DNA of 63,309 nt, filler included, from Globobulimina sp. (lineage: Eukaryota), in assembly GCA_003354225.1 (NCBI GenBank). It is 45 parts of 45 records of this genome, joined end to end, with 100 filler letters (N's around TTAATTAATTAA, not from the genome) between each part and the next. Parts side by side here need not be neighbours in the genome. Positions count along the whole stretch, not along the records: positions 12,691 to 14,000 come from PIVH01018939.1; positions 14,101 to 15,410 come from PIVH01018940.1; positions 15,511 to 16,820 come from PIVH01018941.1; positions 16,921 to 18,230 come from PIVH01018942.1; positions 18,331 to 19,640 come from PIVH01018943.1; positions 19,741 to 21,050 come from PIVH01018944.1; positions 21,151 to 22,460 come from PIVH01018945.1; positions 22,561 to 23,869 come from PIVH01018946.1; 37 more parts are not named here. One strand, 5' to 3'. Positions 13,014 to 23,969 of this stretch are shown in pieces. The position numbers and the translations under genes were made by a program. The notes under the pieces are model-generated. The model saw only the letters and a list, made by a program, of their open reading frames with translations, did not search any database and had not been told where the DNA came from. Numbering within the stretch: the stretch's first letter is position 1; each line of letters starts with the position of its first letter.

Positions 13014-13950
13014 ATGGTTTCTGCCGCTGCCGTTGCTGTCACTGCTAAACTTCTCAGCAGTCGTATTTCTATTGAAGAAGATGAAATTATCATCAAACAA
13101 AAACCTGCGTACTTTTTGAGGAGGAAAATCGAAGAAGAACCTCAAGAGAAAGAATCAGAGATCTGTCAAGTCAATGAATCTGCAGAATGGCCCATCTACT
13201 CTGCCAGTTTTCAATCTCTAATGCCAAATAATCCATTTCAACGAATTATTGATGTTATGAATGTGAAACCAAATGATGACAAGAAACCAATAAAAATGAG
13301 TTTGGGTGATCCAACTGTGGCTGGTTTATTCAAACCCATGGCTTCTGTAACACAAGCAATTACCGAAAGTGCTGCTTCAAACAAATTTGATGGATATGGA
13401 CCATCGATTGGAAGAGAAGAAGTAAGCATTTGAATTTCATAACCATAGCTTTATGTCTTTACTCTCTTAGCTATTTATTACTGATTATGTATGATAAAGA
13501 GCTAGAGTCATATTAACATCTATCTATCTACAATATGAATAAGACAGTATTATATTCTGTTATATTTAAGGTTCGTGCAGCAATCGCCAATAAATTCAGT
13601 CGACCAGAGGCTCCAGTGACATCAGATGACGTGTTTGTGACATGTGGAGCCAGTCAAGCATTACAATTGGCCATAGAAGTGTTAGCAAATCCTGGTGACA
13701 ATATTCTCCTGCCTAGTCCTGGATTTTTCACCTATTCTACAGTGATGCAATCACAAGGAATTATTGTAATGATTTAAATATTGCAAATTGTTTCTTTTTT
13801 TAATTATCAATTTTTTAGCAAAATTTCTATACTTTGTCGGAAAAGAATAATTGGCAAGTTGATTTGGATGAAATGGAATCATTGATTAATAATAGAACCA
13901 AAGCCATTATTGTCACTAATCCATCTAATCCATGTGGTTCTGTTTATTCA
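13014..13950 (+). CDS. TAT: Tyrosine aminotransferase (class I/II aminotransferase), 3'-partial, 2 introns
   Basis: MSLGDPT, GYGPSIG|VRAAIA, VFVTCGASQAL, NPGDNILLPSPGF, IVTNPSNPCGSVY; introns about 13422-13570 and 13766-13818. Confidence 0.85.
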
Positions 13951-14398
13951 AACCCATGGCTTCTGTAACACAAGCAATTACCGAAAGTGCTGCTTCAAAC
14001 NNNNNNNNNNNNNNNNNNNNNNNNNNNNNNNNNNNNNNNNNNNNTTAATTAATTAANNNNNNNNNNNNNNNNNNNNNNNNNNNNNNNNNNNNNNNNNNNN
14101 TAATCCAGGATTATTATTATTGTTATTATGTTGATACAATAATTTTGGTTGTTGTCTTCGAAATGATTTAGTTGAAAAATTTTTATTTATTAAATCCATT
14201 GAACATAACATCTTTTACAATATCAATATAAAATAATAATGAATTAAATACTGCAATGTCGAACTTTTGCACATTTACTGAGTAATTTATAAAAAATTAT
14301 AATTGACAAAAATTAACTGTATACAGTAAAATAGGACAACATATTTATAGGTTTGCATTACTTTGCAAATTGCAATTTTTGCCAATTATACATATATT

Positions 14399-15028
14399 TT
14401 AGTGGTTACCTTTACCATGAAACATTGGACAATTTGTAATATATTTAGCATTTAAAACATAACCACAATTTGTAATATATTTTGATGATTTCATTAAATT
14501 TTGTTTCTTCTCTTCTTCCTCATTATCAATTTTACACTCGTTCATTATATTTATATCATATAATTTTGATTCTTCTGTAAATTTATTTAAATAATGATTC
14601 CATATAGAACACGAATTGAATTCTTTCTGACTCTCTTTTGTTGAATGGTATTTTTTTAAATGCAGTAAATGAATTTTTGTTAATTCTCTTGTATTGCAAT
14701 GAATATCTATATCCTTCATGGGTTTCGAAAGTAATAAATCGCGGCAAGCACCGCCTTGAATTAATATACCATTTAATACGGATTGAATTAATTTATTTTG
14801 TTCCTCATTATTCATAAAATCACATTTATTATTTGAAGATAGAAAATATTCTTCAATTATTGTCGTTAATAAATAAGCTGAACTCAGTGCTACTTTTGTT
14901 TTTTGCGATTTACTATCAAATTCGACATTTGATTTTGTTTCGAATTCGCGATCGCGATCGTCAGACTCAATATTTTTTGCTTGCATTATAATATCTACGC
15001 CACAACAAGTTTCGCTCGAATTTCCCAT
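14399..15028 (-). CDS. Divergent class II nucleotidyltransferase (CCA-adding/poly(A) polymerase head-like), degenerate downstream
   Basis: ILIQGGACRDLLLSKPMKDIDI matches motif A GGxxRDxLxxxxxxDxD. Confidence 0.55.
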   Translation of the reverse strand: MGNSSETCCGVDIIMQAKNIESDDRDREFETKSNVEFDSKSQKTKVALSSAYLLTTIIEEYFLSSNNKCDFMNNEEQNKLIQSVLNGILIQGGACRDLLLSKPMKDIDIHCNTRELTKIHLLHLKKYHSTKESQKEFNSCSIWNHYLNKFTEESKLYDINIMNECKIDNEEEEKKQNLMKSSKYITNCGYVLNAKYITNCPMFHGKGNH

Positions 15029-15510
15029 GACTGTCAATTATGAATAATGTAACAGTTTAAGTAAAAAAAACGTTTTCATGATACTTTTAGAAAACCTTAC
15101 TGTTGCATGACATGATGTGGATGTGTTTGATTTGGTTGGCATATTTTTTGTCATTATTTCAAAGTTAATATTGCATCTCCCATACTTTTTACATCATATA
15201 AAACAACACAACAAAAAAGGCAATTTAAGTGCATCTTATCAAGGATCTAGAACTATATATACGCAAAATGCAACAAAAGCTTTATGTACTAATTATATCG
15301 ATGTCACATTTAATTTTGATAACGCAACCAACGAAGTCATAATCACCATATTTTCATCCACAAATACCTCATGGTTTGGCATTGGATTACCGGATCCATC
15401 ATTATATTATNNNNNNNNNNNNNNNNNNNNNNNNNNNNNNNNNNNNNNNNNNNNTTAATTAATTAANNNNNNNNNNNNNNNNNNNNNNNNNNNNNNNNNN
15501 NNNNNNNNNN

Positions 15511-16820
15511 AAAAATCCAGAATTGAAATCAAAACATCAATTTACACCATTTCTGTGTTCGTGTTATCGCGGTGATTTTGAGTGTGTTAAAAGGTTGATA
15601 GATTTGGATGAAAAAATATTAACTCATACAACTGAACAGGGTTTTAATGGTGCAACATTAGCAAAATTAAATAATAATACAGAAATTACTCAATATTTAG
15701 ATAAACATTATAATATTAAAGCTGTTGAAGACGTCGATATTATATTTGAATGTGCGGATTTATCGCCAATGTTACCAGCAATGTATGAGGCAAATCCCAA
15801 TTTAAAATCACGCAATTTATACACACCGTTTTTGTGTGCGTGTTATCACGGAGACTTAGAAGCTGTTCAGAGATTAATAGAGTTTGATAAAAAGGTATTG
15901 TTGGATAAACGGTTCGGCGCAAACGGAACAACAATTGCAGCAGAAAAAAAACACAAAGAGATTGTTGATTATTTGCGCACAGCTCATGGTCTACAAAAAA
16001 CATCATATTCAAAAGTATTATTTTTGGGGTCAGGTAGTTGTGGCAAATCAACATTTTTCAAACAATTAAGAACTTTGCATGGAACAGGGTATGGAGATAA
16101 AGATAGATTACAATTTAAAGATCATGTATTTGCCCAAATTGTTGAGGAAATGAGATTTTGTTTGGAATGTATAGAGATTTTAAAAGAAGACGAATCTGAT
16201 GAATATAAAGAATATAAAGATATTGAATTATCGACTGTTGGTAAAGAGGCTGCAGATATTTTGGAAAGTACTCGAACATTACAAGTTAATTTGTATATTC
16301 GTATACAATACTAATTAATCAATAAAATATATCTGTAATTAGGTAACCCCACAAATTGCAATTGCAATAGAAACATTATGGAAGGAAGAGAATATTCGCT
16401 TAATTTATGATTTAAGAGCAACAATGAAAATTTCCGATTCTTGCGCTTATTTTTGGGATAACGTTCATAGGATTGCTGCAAATGACTATGTTCCAAATGA
16501 TAGAGACATATTAATGGTTAGATATAGAACAACCGGTGTAATTGAGCAAAAATTTGAGATTAAAAACACTGTATTTAATGTGCTTGATGTTGGCGGAGTG
16601 AGGTCAGAGAGAAAAAAATGGCATCATTGTTTTGAATCGGTGACTGCTGTGATATTTGTTGCATCCTTATCTTGTTTCGATGAAGGAATGTTTGAAGATG
16701 AAGAGAAAAATTCTATGGTTGATCAAATTGAATTATTCTTTAATAATGATTGGTTTAAAGATAGTGCAATGATATTATTTTTAAATAAAACAGATTGATT
16801 TGCAGAGAAAATCCAAACAA
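15511..16820 (+). CDS. Ankyrin-repeat / heterotrimeric G-alpha fusion, partial; intron 16285-16342; in-frame TGA at 16796
   Basis: Two TPFLCxCYxGDxExVxRLI ankyrin modules in frame with KVLFLGSGSCGKST, RYRTTG, DVGGVRSERKKW, FVASLS, LFLNKTD. Confidence 0.85.
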
Positions 16821-16933
16821 NNNNNNNNNNNNNNNNNNNNNNNNNNNNNNNNNNNNNNNNNNNNTTAATTAATTAANNNNNNNNNNNNNNNNNNNNNNNN
16901 NNNNNNNNNNNNNNNNNNNNTCTTTTCTTTGCA

Positions 16934-18230
16934 TAAGGGAATGTTCTAGTATTACGTAATTGGAATTGATACCTAGGACCTAGGTGTCGTTAATTACAAT
17001 TGATTACAATTAAGGCCTGAGTGACTAGCTTGTGCAAATAGAAGCTTGTTACACAAAAATATGTAATTCAAATAATTTACAATTGATTGTAAAATGAAAA
17101 TATTAAATATTTGAATTTATTCTTAATCCAATGCTGGTAATCCATTAACAATATTATACACACAATTTTGTTGCATTATAGGTGCTAACACAGGCATTGG
17201 TGGTAATGTAACCATAGGTGGTAATGAAGGATTTGTATCATTAGAATTAGTAGTATCATTTGATTGTAACACTTCTTTTTGTTCCACTTCATTTTGTTCC
17301 ACTTCATCAAATACAAACGGTGACTCAAAGAAAGGTGTCCAATTATCCTCTTGAATTAACAATAATCCATGCAATGTTTGTGGTTGTTGTCTGTTATCAA
17401 TAAATTCATTATACGCTTTTACTTTTTCATGATTTCCATCCAAATACATCCAAACAAACCGATTATCTGCCATTCGACATAAATATTTAGAATGACTCTC
17501 CAAAATAATTGTTTTGACTGATTGCGTTTGTTGTAACTCAATTTTATTTATCATCTCATCAATAATAATATTTTGATCACTTGGTGCTCTGCGGCGAAAA
17601 TGTAACGCTCTTCGATGCCGTAACATTGCTGCAGTCGATGAAAAATACAAAGGACAAAATGGGCACTTTACAGTATTCCAATCTCTGTCCTTAAAATGTT
17701 CATTATAAAACTCAAATGGTATATTCAAATCCAATGGCAAAGTGATCACCAAAATGATCATGTGCTAATTTTTTGCCCACAATTTTACGGGATAAGTGAG
17801 CCATTTCTCTTTCAACTCTATTAAATGCACTATTTTTTGGTGCAGAATTTCTATAATATATCGCATCAAAATTATATTGCTTTTGTATCCATAAAATTCC
17901 CTGTTGCACACCAATAGTAATAGCTGCTTCATCTGGACCATTATCTGCACCAACAATCAAAACCTGCAATACAAAAAGTATCATATTAGCAAAAACAAAA
18001 GGACAGTCATTTTTGTTTGACATGTTTTAATTGACCCTGTTAAACTGAAACGGAAAAACATTAAGAACACACTACAAAAAAACAATGTGCATAAAACAGT
18101 GACACACATTTTTCAAAGATCCGTTGTGAGAATGATAATCTGCAAATCTATTATCTTGTAATATGCGATCAAGATCTTTAAAATGATTACGGCTGGATGC
18201 AGTATCGTGATATCCAGATCTAATAAATAT
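16934..18230 (-). mobile_element. Zator-like DNA transposon: 3' part of transposase (intron 18107-17964), C2H2-type finger and right terminus at 16937
   Basis: Spliced IFIRSGYHD..GSLKN|VLIVGADNGPDE..NSAPKNSAFNRVEREMAHLS..HDHFG; CPFC..RHRRALH; terminus TAA-GGGAATGTT fits the GG ends and TWA target reported for Zator. Confidence 0.75.
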
Positions 18231-18330
18231 NNNNNNNNNNNNNNNNNNNNNNNNNNNNNNNNNNNNNNNNNNNNTTAATTAATTAANNNNNNNNNNNNNN
18301 NNNNNNNNNNNNNNNNNNNNNNNNNNNNNN

Positions 18331-19106
18331 AAAGAAGTATAGGAATAGATAATAGTATTGCCGTGCCGGTCCTCTTTTTTTTCAAGAAGCCAACGATAAA
18401 TACGAGTTCCAGACTCGTCAGTTATTCTGTTAGAAGCAGATTGCCCAAAGGTCATAGTGGAGCCGTTTTTAAGTTCAACCTGCCAATACTCACCTATTTG
18501 CCTGTATCGGTGAAAACCGCTTTCAATTCGAGATCTATAACTGCCATCGGCAAGCCGGACCAACTCCTCGCCGTCCGGCCCCAGGAATGTGTCAACCTCA
18601 TCACCCTCATCAAGCTGCCCATCAAAATCGTCATCAACACTATTGTTGCTGTCAACATAACGGGGAATACCCTTATCAGTCTGGCGACTGATTGCCCCTG
18701 GGCCAAAACTCCAACCAAGCCCGGCAGGGCCGTTTCCTAAACCAGAATCATACTGTAGTGTAAGACCCGGGGTATTGCCGGCCGTGCCGGCAGGCAATCT
18801 GAAAGGTACAGCGTACCTGGCCGTGCCAGTATTGAGCATGGGCTGGAAGCTGTCACCAAGCCCCTCAATAGAACCCGGGCCTGAAGGAAGGGAGATTGCG
18901 TTTGGAGAAACGCCGTGTTTGCCTTTTTCTTCAGCAAAAGACGGTACGCAGATTGCCGCAATTAAAAAGACAAGAATAGTTACAAATAATAACAAACTGT
19001 TTATGAACCGGATAAAATTAATACTTTTTTCTCTCCTCATTACTCTTTTTGAAAAAATGTCTATTTTACTTTTACAGTCATTTACAGATGATACTTGCAA
19101 AAACAA
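18331..19106 (-). CDS. Bacterial SpvB/TcB-like N-terminal domain protein (RHS/YD toxin-complex type) with signal peptide, 3'-partial
   Basis: AISLPSGPGSIEGLGDSF..NTGTARYAVP..PGLTLQYDSGLGNGPAGLGW..ISRQTDKGIPRY..WLLEKKEDRHGNTIIYSY; no introns, higher GC. Confidence 0.85.
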
Positions 19107-19400
19107 TATTACTATTGGCTATATCAAATTGAATTTATTTGATTCTTAAGTGTATACTAAAGCAAAAATAGTGCCACGATGTGATCCCTGTAACGATTTA
19201 CAATTTAAGTCTATACTTATACAGTTGTATACAGTTGGTCTTATATGTGATTTATTATTCACATAATTTTTTTATGCTTAACCATCAGCATATTTAAGTT
19301 TTCCATTTTTTTGTTCGAAATCCGTACAACTGCACAAAGTTGTATAAAATTTAGACAATCGTTTGCATTGAAATGTTGTTAAAGTGAAAAGCCCCGGCAG

Positions 19401-19640
19401 TGGGATGCTCAAACAGGCCGAGAGCTTGCCACTCTCTCCGGGCATACTGAAGGGGTAACAACCTGCACCATTTCTCCGGACGGGAAAAAAATCGTATCTG
19501 GAGATTGGGATGGCACCCTGAAGCTGTGGGATGCTCAAACAGGCAGAGAGATTGCAGCTTTCTACGCTGAAGATTATATTATAACATTCGGTATATCATC
19601 AAGCGGCGGGCTGATTGCATGTGGTGGTGGTAGTGGCAAC
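19401..19640 (+). pseudogene. WD40-repeat fragment, bacterial type, no start codon (absent from the ORF track)
   Basis: WDAQTGRELATLSGHTEGVTTCTISPDGKKIVSGDWDGTLKLWDAQTGREI; in-frame TAA at 19380. Confidence 0.75.
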
Positions 19641-19853
19641 NNNNNNNNNNNNNNNNNNNNNNNNNNNNNNNNNNNNNNNNNNNNTTAATTAATTAANNNN
19701 NNNNNNNNNNNNNNNNNNNNNNNNNNNNNNNNNNNNNNNNTTGCAGGCTAAGGTGATTGAACATTAACATATGGACCCACTGATTGGCAGTATCCACCAA
19801 CGGATATACAGAGTACAAATTGGACCCATAATATTGAAGCAGGTATTTACGAT

Positions 19854-21050
19854 TTGATGATTGAATGCGTACAGACATTTGCTCCAATTGCCGCTCCTAC
19901 AAATGCGCCCACTACACCACCCACTCAGACACCTTCTATTTCGCCATCTGTTGCTCCAAATAATGCGCCTTCTATGGGACCAAGCCATGCTCCAACATCA
20001 CCACCAAGCAATGTTCCATCTGTGGCTCCGTCACTTGCCCCAACATCATCGCCCAGTAACGTTCCATCTGTGGCGCCATCACTTTCTCCATCGACTGCGC
20101 CCTCTGCGGTTCCAAGTAATACGCCATCAATTGTTCCAACTTTATCTCCGGTATGATTGTGAATGTTCCTTTGGTACACAACTTGATAAAAAAAGATTAT
20201 TTTTGTTTTATGACAGTCAGCAGCTCCGACAAGATCACCAACAATTACACCTACTTCAGATCCTACGTCCACACCAACAACAACAACCCAACAAACATTA
20301 TCTCCAAATATGCAAAGTGTATCACCCACTATGTCGCCCAGCCAATGGTATGATAATTTGCATTTTATTTGTCATTATAAAGATAACAAAGGGTTTATAT
20401 TAAATTTTTTATCATTGAGACAATACTCAAAATTGCTGCAGCAAACAATATTGGAAACCATACAAATTATTGGTTATCAATCAGTAAATTATGAGAATGC
20501 AGTCAATAATCCGTTAACACCTTGGAAGAAAGCGGCAATTTTAAATTTTGTCATTTGTAATGTTTTCAACACCGAATTGATACTAAATAATATTGATTGT
20601 CCATCATATTTCCATTCAGATTCACAGGAAAGCGAAGACTATGATGAATATGTTGCCATTGCTGTGTTTGGCATCGTTGCGAATAACGCAGTGCATAAAT
20701 ATAAAAAGGAGATTATTGGTATTATGGAATCGGATGAATTTATGGATAAATGTGTAGCAATCATGAATAAGAAAATAAATAACAACACACAAAGCAAAAG
20801 AAGGTTATTGGAATATGATAGTTTTGAAATAACTGATATTGATATTGTTGATCCATTAAATTATACAATAACTACAACATATATTGATGAGGATGAACAA
20901 TTTAAAGACAAGCAAAACAATTCAAAGACCACAATAATTATCAGTGTTGTCGTTGGCTTTTTATTCATATTTATTGTAATATTGGCTGTGATATTTTACT
21001 TTTATTCAAAGAAGGGAAATATTAATAAAAAGAGAGCTGGAGAAGGAATG
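19854..21050 (+). CDS. Pro/Ser/Thr-repeat single-pass membrane (surface) protein, partial; intron about 20151-20217
   Basis: APS/PT tetrapeptide repeats, RRLL motif, TM segment IIISVVVGFLFIFIVILAVIFYFY followed by basic residues. Confidence 0.65.
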
Positions 21051-21150
21051 NNNNNNNNNNNNNNNNNNNNNNNNNNNNNNNNNNNNNNNNNNNNTTAATT
21101 AATTAANNNNNNNNNNNNNNNNNNNNNNNNNNNNNNNNNNNNNNNNNNNN

Positions 21151-22460
21151 CTTCTGGTGGAATGTAGACCGTATGACGAAGTTTACATTGGAATGTTTTT
21201 CCTCCATAGGTAGTCACTTCCGGTACAACCATTGTCACCTTTCTTTTCGTTGGTGGTTCCCCCAATCTCAAATCTAGCTGTTCTTGTCTTTTCAGCTTTT
21301 CACATCGATGTTGAATAGTTGCATTTGTTTTCAGTAAATCCTTTCCAATTGGTGTTTCCAATGTGGCTGCTAATCTTTCTTCAATTCTGATCATATCAAC
21401 TTTCCCATCTGCTTGATTGATTAGGTATTCTTCCCCAGTTCCTGGATCATACCATACAAACGGGTAGTCTGTAACAACTCCTTCTTTTCCCACTTTTGTT
21501 ACATCAGTCATTTTTCCTTCTATTATTGGTAACTCCTGATTAGCTACTCTTTCCAATGCAGTATTTGGCGCCACTGTCTTTTCTCGATCCTCTTCTTCTC
21601 CCTTTACATGTACCAAAAGATTTTCAAACTCATGCTTTCCAATAATCATTGGTGGACGTCTGTCCACACGTACTGGTGCATGTTTCTTTGTCAACGCCGG
21701 TTGAATCTGTGTTGGTAATTCCACATAATGAACTTGATTGTTTGGACTGGGTGTAGCACTTGGTGTCAAGATTTCTTGTGTCTCCACATTCATGACTTTA
21801 ATAGGCATCACTGCCAGCGCTGGTTGTCCCAACACAATGGTGTGTTCGGTTTCAAAATCAGCCCAAAATGCCATTGGATAGGTCTTGTTGTTGTATTCAA
21901 TATTCAATACTGTCAAATCAAACAAAGTTCTCAATTTACCTCCCCAACCAACGGTGTTCAATGGTTGTGGGGCTCTTTTCAAAAAATCTGTCTTGTACTT
22001 CTTCCTCATGTATGTCAACATAGTCTTTCCACAAATGTTCAATTCTGATCCGCAATCAATAAAGGCTGAAGCTTCCAATCCATCAGCTTTCACCATTACA
22101 TGGCCTATCGAGACCAAAACGGGGTAAGCATGATGACTTGTTGAACTAACAGTTGGAGTACTGGAATAGCATGGTGGGCACTGCTGAGTTTCCAGTACAT
22201 TTACTACAGCTGCCCTAGAAAAATCCTGAAGAGTCTCCCATGTCACCACTTCTCCTTCTTCAGCCAACCAATCATACAATACTCGTTCCCGTTCATCCAG
22301 TTGTTCTCTATCCACAGTCACCTCCGCATCTGCTTCTTCCTGTTGTTCCTCCGTCAATTCTTCCCGAGTACTTGGCTCCACCATATGCATTTGTGTAGAC
22401 ACTTGTGTTGGTTGCGTTTGACCACGTCGCAGTAACTTTGCCGCGGTGTAAAATTCATCA
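21151..22460 (-). mobile_element. LTR retrotransposon gag-pol fragment with aspartic protease
   Basis: AFIDCGSELNIC (retropepsin D-x-G) and IVLGQP in an intronless ORF spanning the contig. Confidence 0.7.
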
Positions 22461-22639
22461 NNNNNNNNNNNNNNNNNNNNNNNNNNNNNNNNNNNNNNNN
22501 NNNNTTAATTAATTAANNNNNNNNNNNNNNNNNNNNNNNNNNNNNNNNNNNNNNNNNNNNATGTATACACACACTAGCATATATCGTAGCATACGCAGAT
22601 TCGCATCAAACTCCACCTTAAAACAACACCAAAAACAGA

Positions 22640-23781
22640 TTCAAATCCCTATATCCATTACATCCAAGACTGGTTTACCACGGAATCCGCCATTACTGAC
22701 TATATCTTAGTCGTTGACCGCTTGGACTGCTATTTCGTGGACAAAATATTGCACGCACAGTTGATGGGCGCCTCCGGTGTCATTATGTGTGACTGGAACG
22801 TCGAGCCTTTGTTCACAATGTGGATGCCGGAGGATTGGCGAGATACCATTTCGATCCCTTCCGTGTTATTAGACAACCAGCATTGCCATACATTGATGGC
22901 GCATTTGGGCGTTTCCAACTGGAATCCGACCGACATACAGAATATGAGCTATCCCACTGTGGAGCAAATGAATTGGACGTACGCCACCATAGAATGGGGT
23001 TTGCCGCATCCGGACGACAGGGTCGAGTATGAATTATGGACCTCGTCCAACGACTATTTAGGCTCTGAATTTAAACATAATTTCAATACGGTTTGTTTGT
23101 ATCAAAAATTCAGTTTGAACTCCACAAAATATATGCTTTCCGCTTTTTTTTTTGTAGTTCAAACTGAATTTGCAAGCAACATTTGTAGAGAAAGTGTAAA
23201 TTTTTTTTTGATTTGTTTGGTACAGACGGCGATATTGTTGGACCAAGCGGAAGATACGCAATTTACGCCTCATATGTATATAATAAATGGGAGTGGCTGG
23301 GGCTGTGATGAAGTGATTAATGGCTCGCATACCTTACAGTGCAGCAAGCAATGCACAAACAATGGCAGATATTGCGCAGTCGATCCAGAGTATGATATGT
23401 CAATCGGCTTAGATGGAATGGACGTGATCCAAGAAAATTTGCGCTCGCTTTGTGTGTGGAACTATGACAAAACCACTCATCCTGGCGATGATATCATGTG
23501 GTGGGACTATGCTGTTTTATGGTATGTATTTACTTTTTTTTCTCCCTCAATCTGATTTTTAGCTAATTTCATTTTGTACAAAGGGATGAAAACTGCGGTG
23601 TTTATTCAAATTCGAGCACAAATTTCCATGAAAATTGCTCATTCGCTCAGATGGATAAATTAAAGACTGATGGATTGTTATCTGAATTTGTGCGAACTAA
23701 AATCATTCAAACCGGCGGTTATGGATACACTGACGGCGTAAATTCTATCCTTAAGACTGAAACGCGTTTGAGATACAACCG
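22640..23781 (+). CDS. Vacuolar sorting receptor (VSR/BP-80)-like protein, internal exons
   Basis: PA domain VDRLDCYFVDKILHAQ; LPHPDDRVEYELWTSSND; CTNNGRYCAVDPE; ENLRSLCVW; WWDY; introns about 23090-23225 and 23522-23583. Confidence 0.9.
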
Positions 23782-23969
23782 GTATGTACTCACACACTCC
23801 CTTTTACTCTCACTTCCGCCATGTCGACATTGTCTTAGTTTACTTAAAGCAAAGTTTTTTTTTTAGTGTNNNNNNNNNNNNNNNNNNNNNNNNNNNNNNN
23901 NNNNNNNNNNNNNTTAATTAATTAANNNNNNNNNNNNNNNNNNNNNNNNNNNNNNNNNNNNNNNNNNNN

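Noticed and set aside
13943-14000. Internal duplication in the aminotransferase gene (copy of about 13324-13382)
   Set aside because: It sits at the contig end and joins through GTTTATTCA microhomology; typical chimera or misassembly. The duplications ending at 59085 and 52045 are treated likewise.
19861-20403. Overlapping alternate-frame and antisense ORFs over the Pro/Ser/Thr repeats
   Set aside because: Shadows of low-complexity codons that lack stops in other frames.
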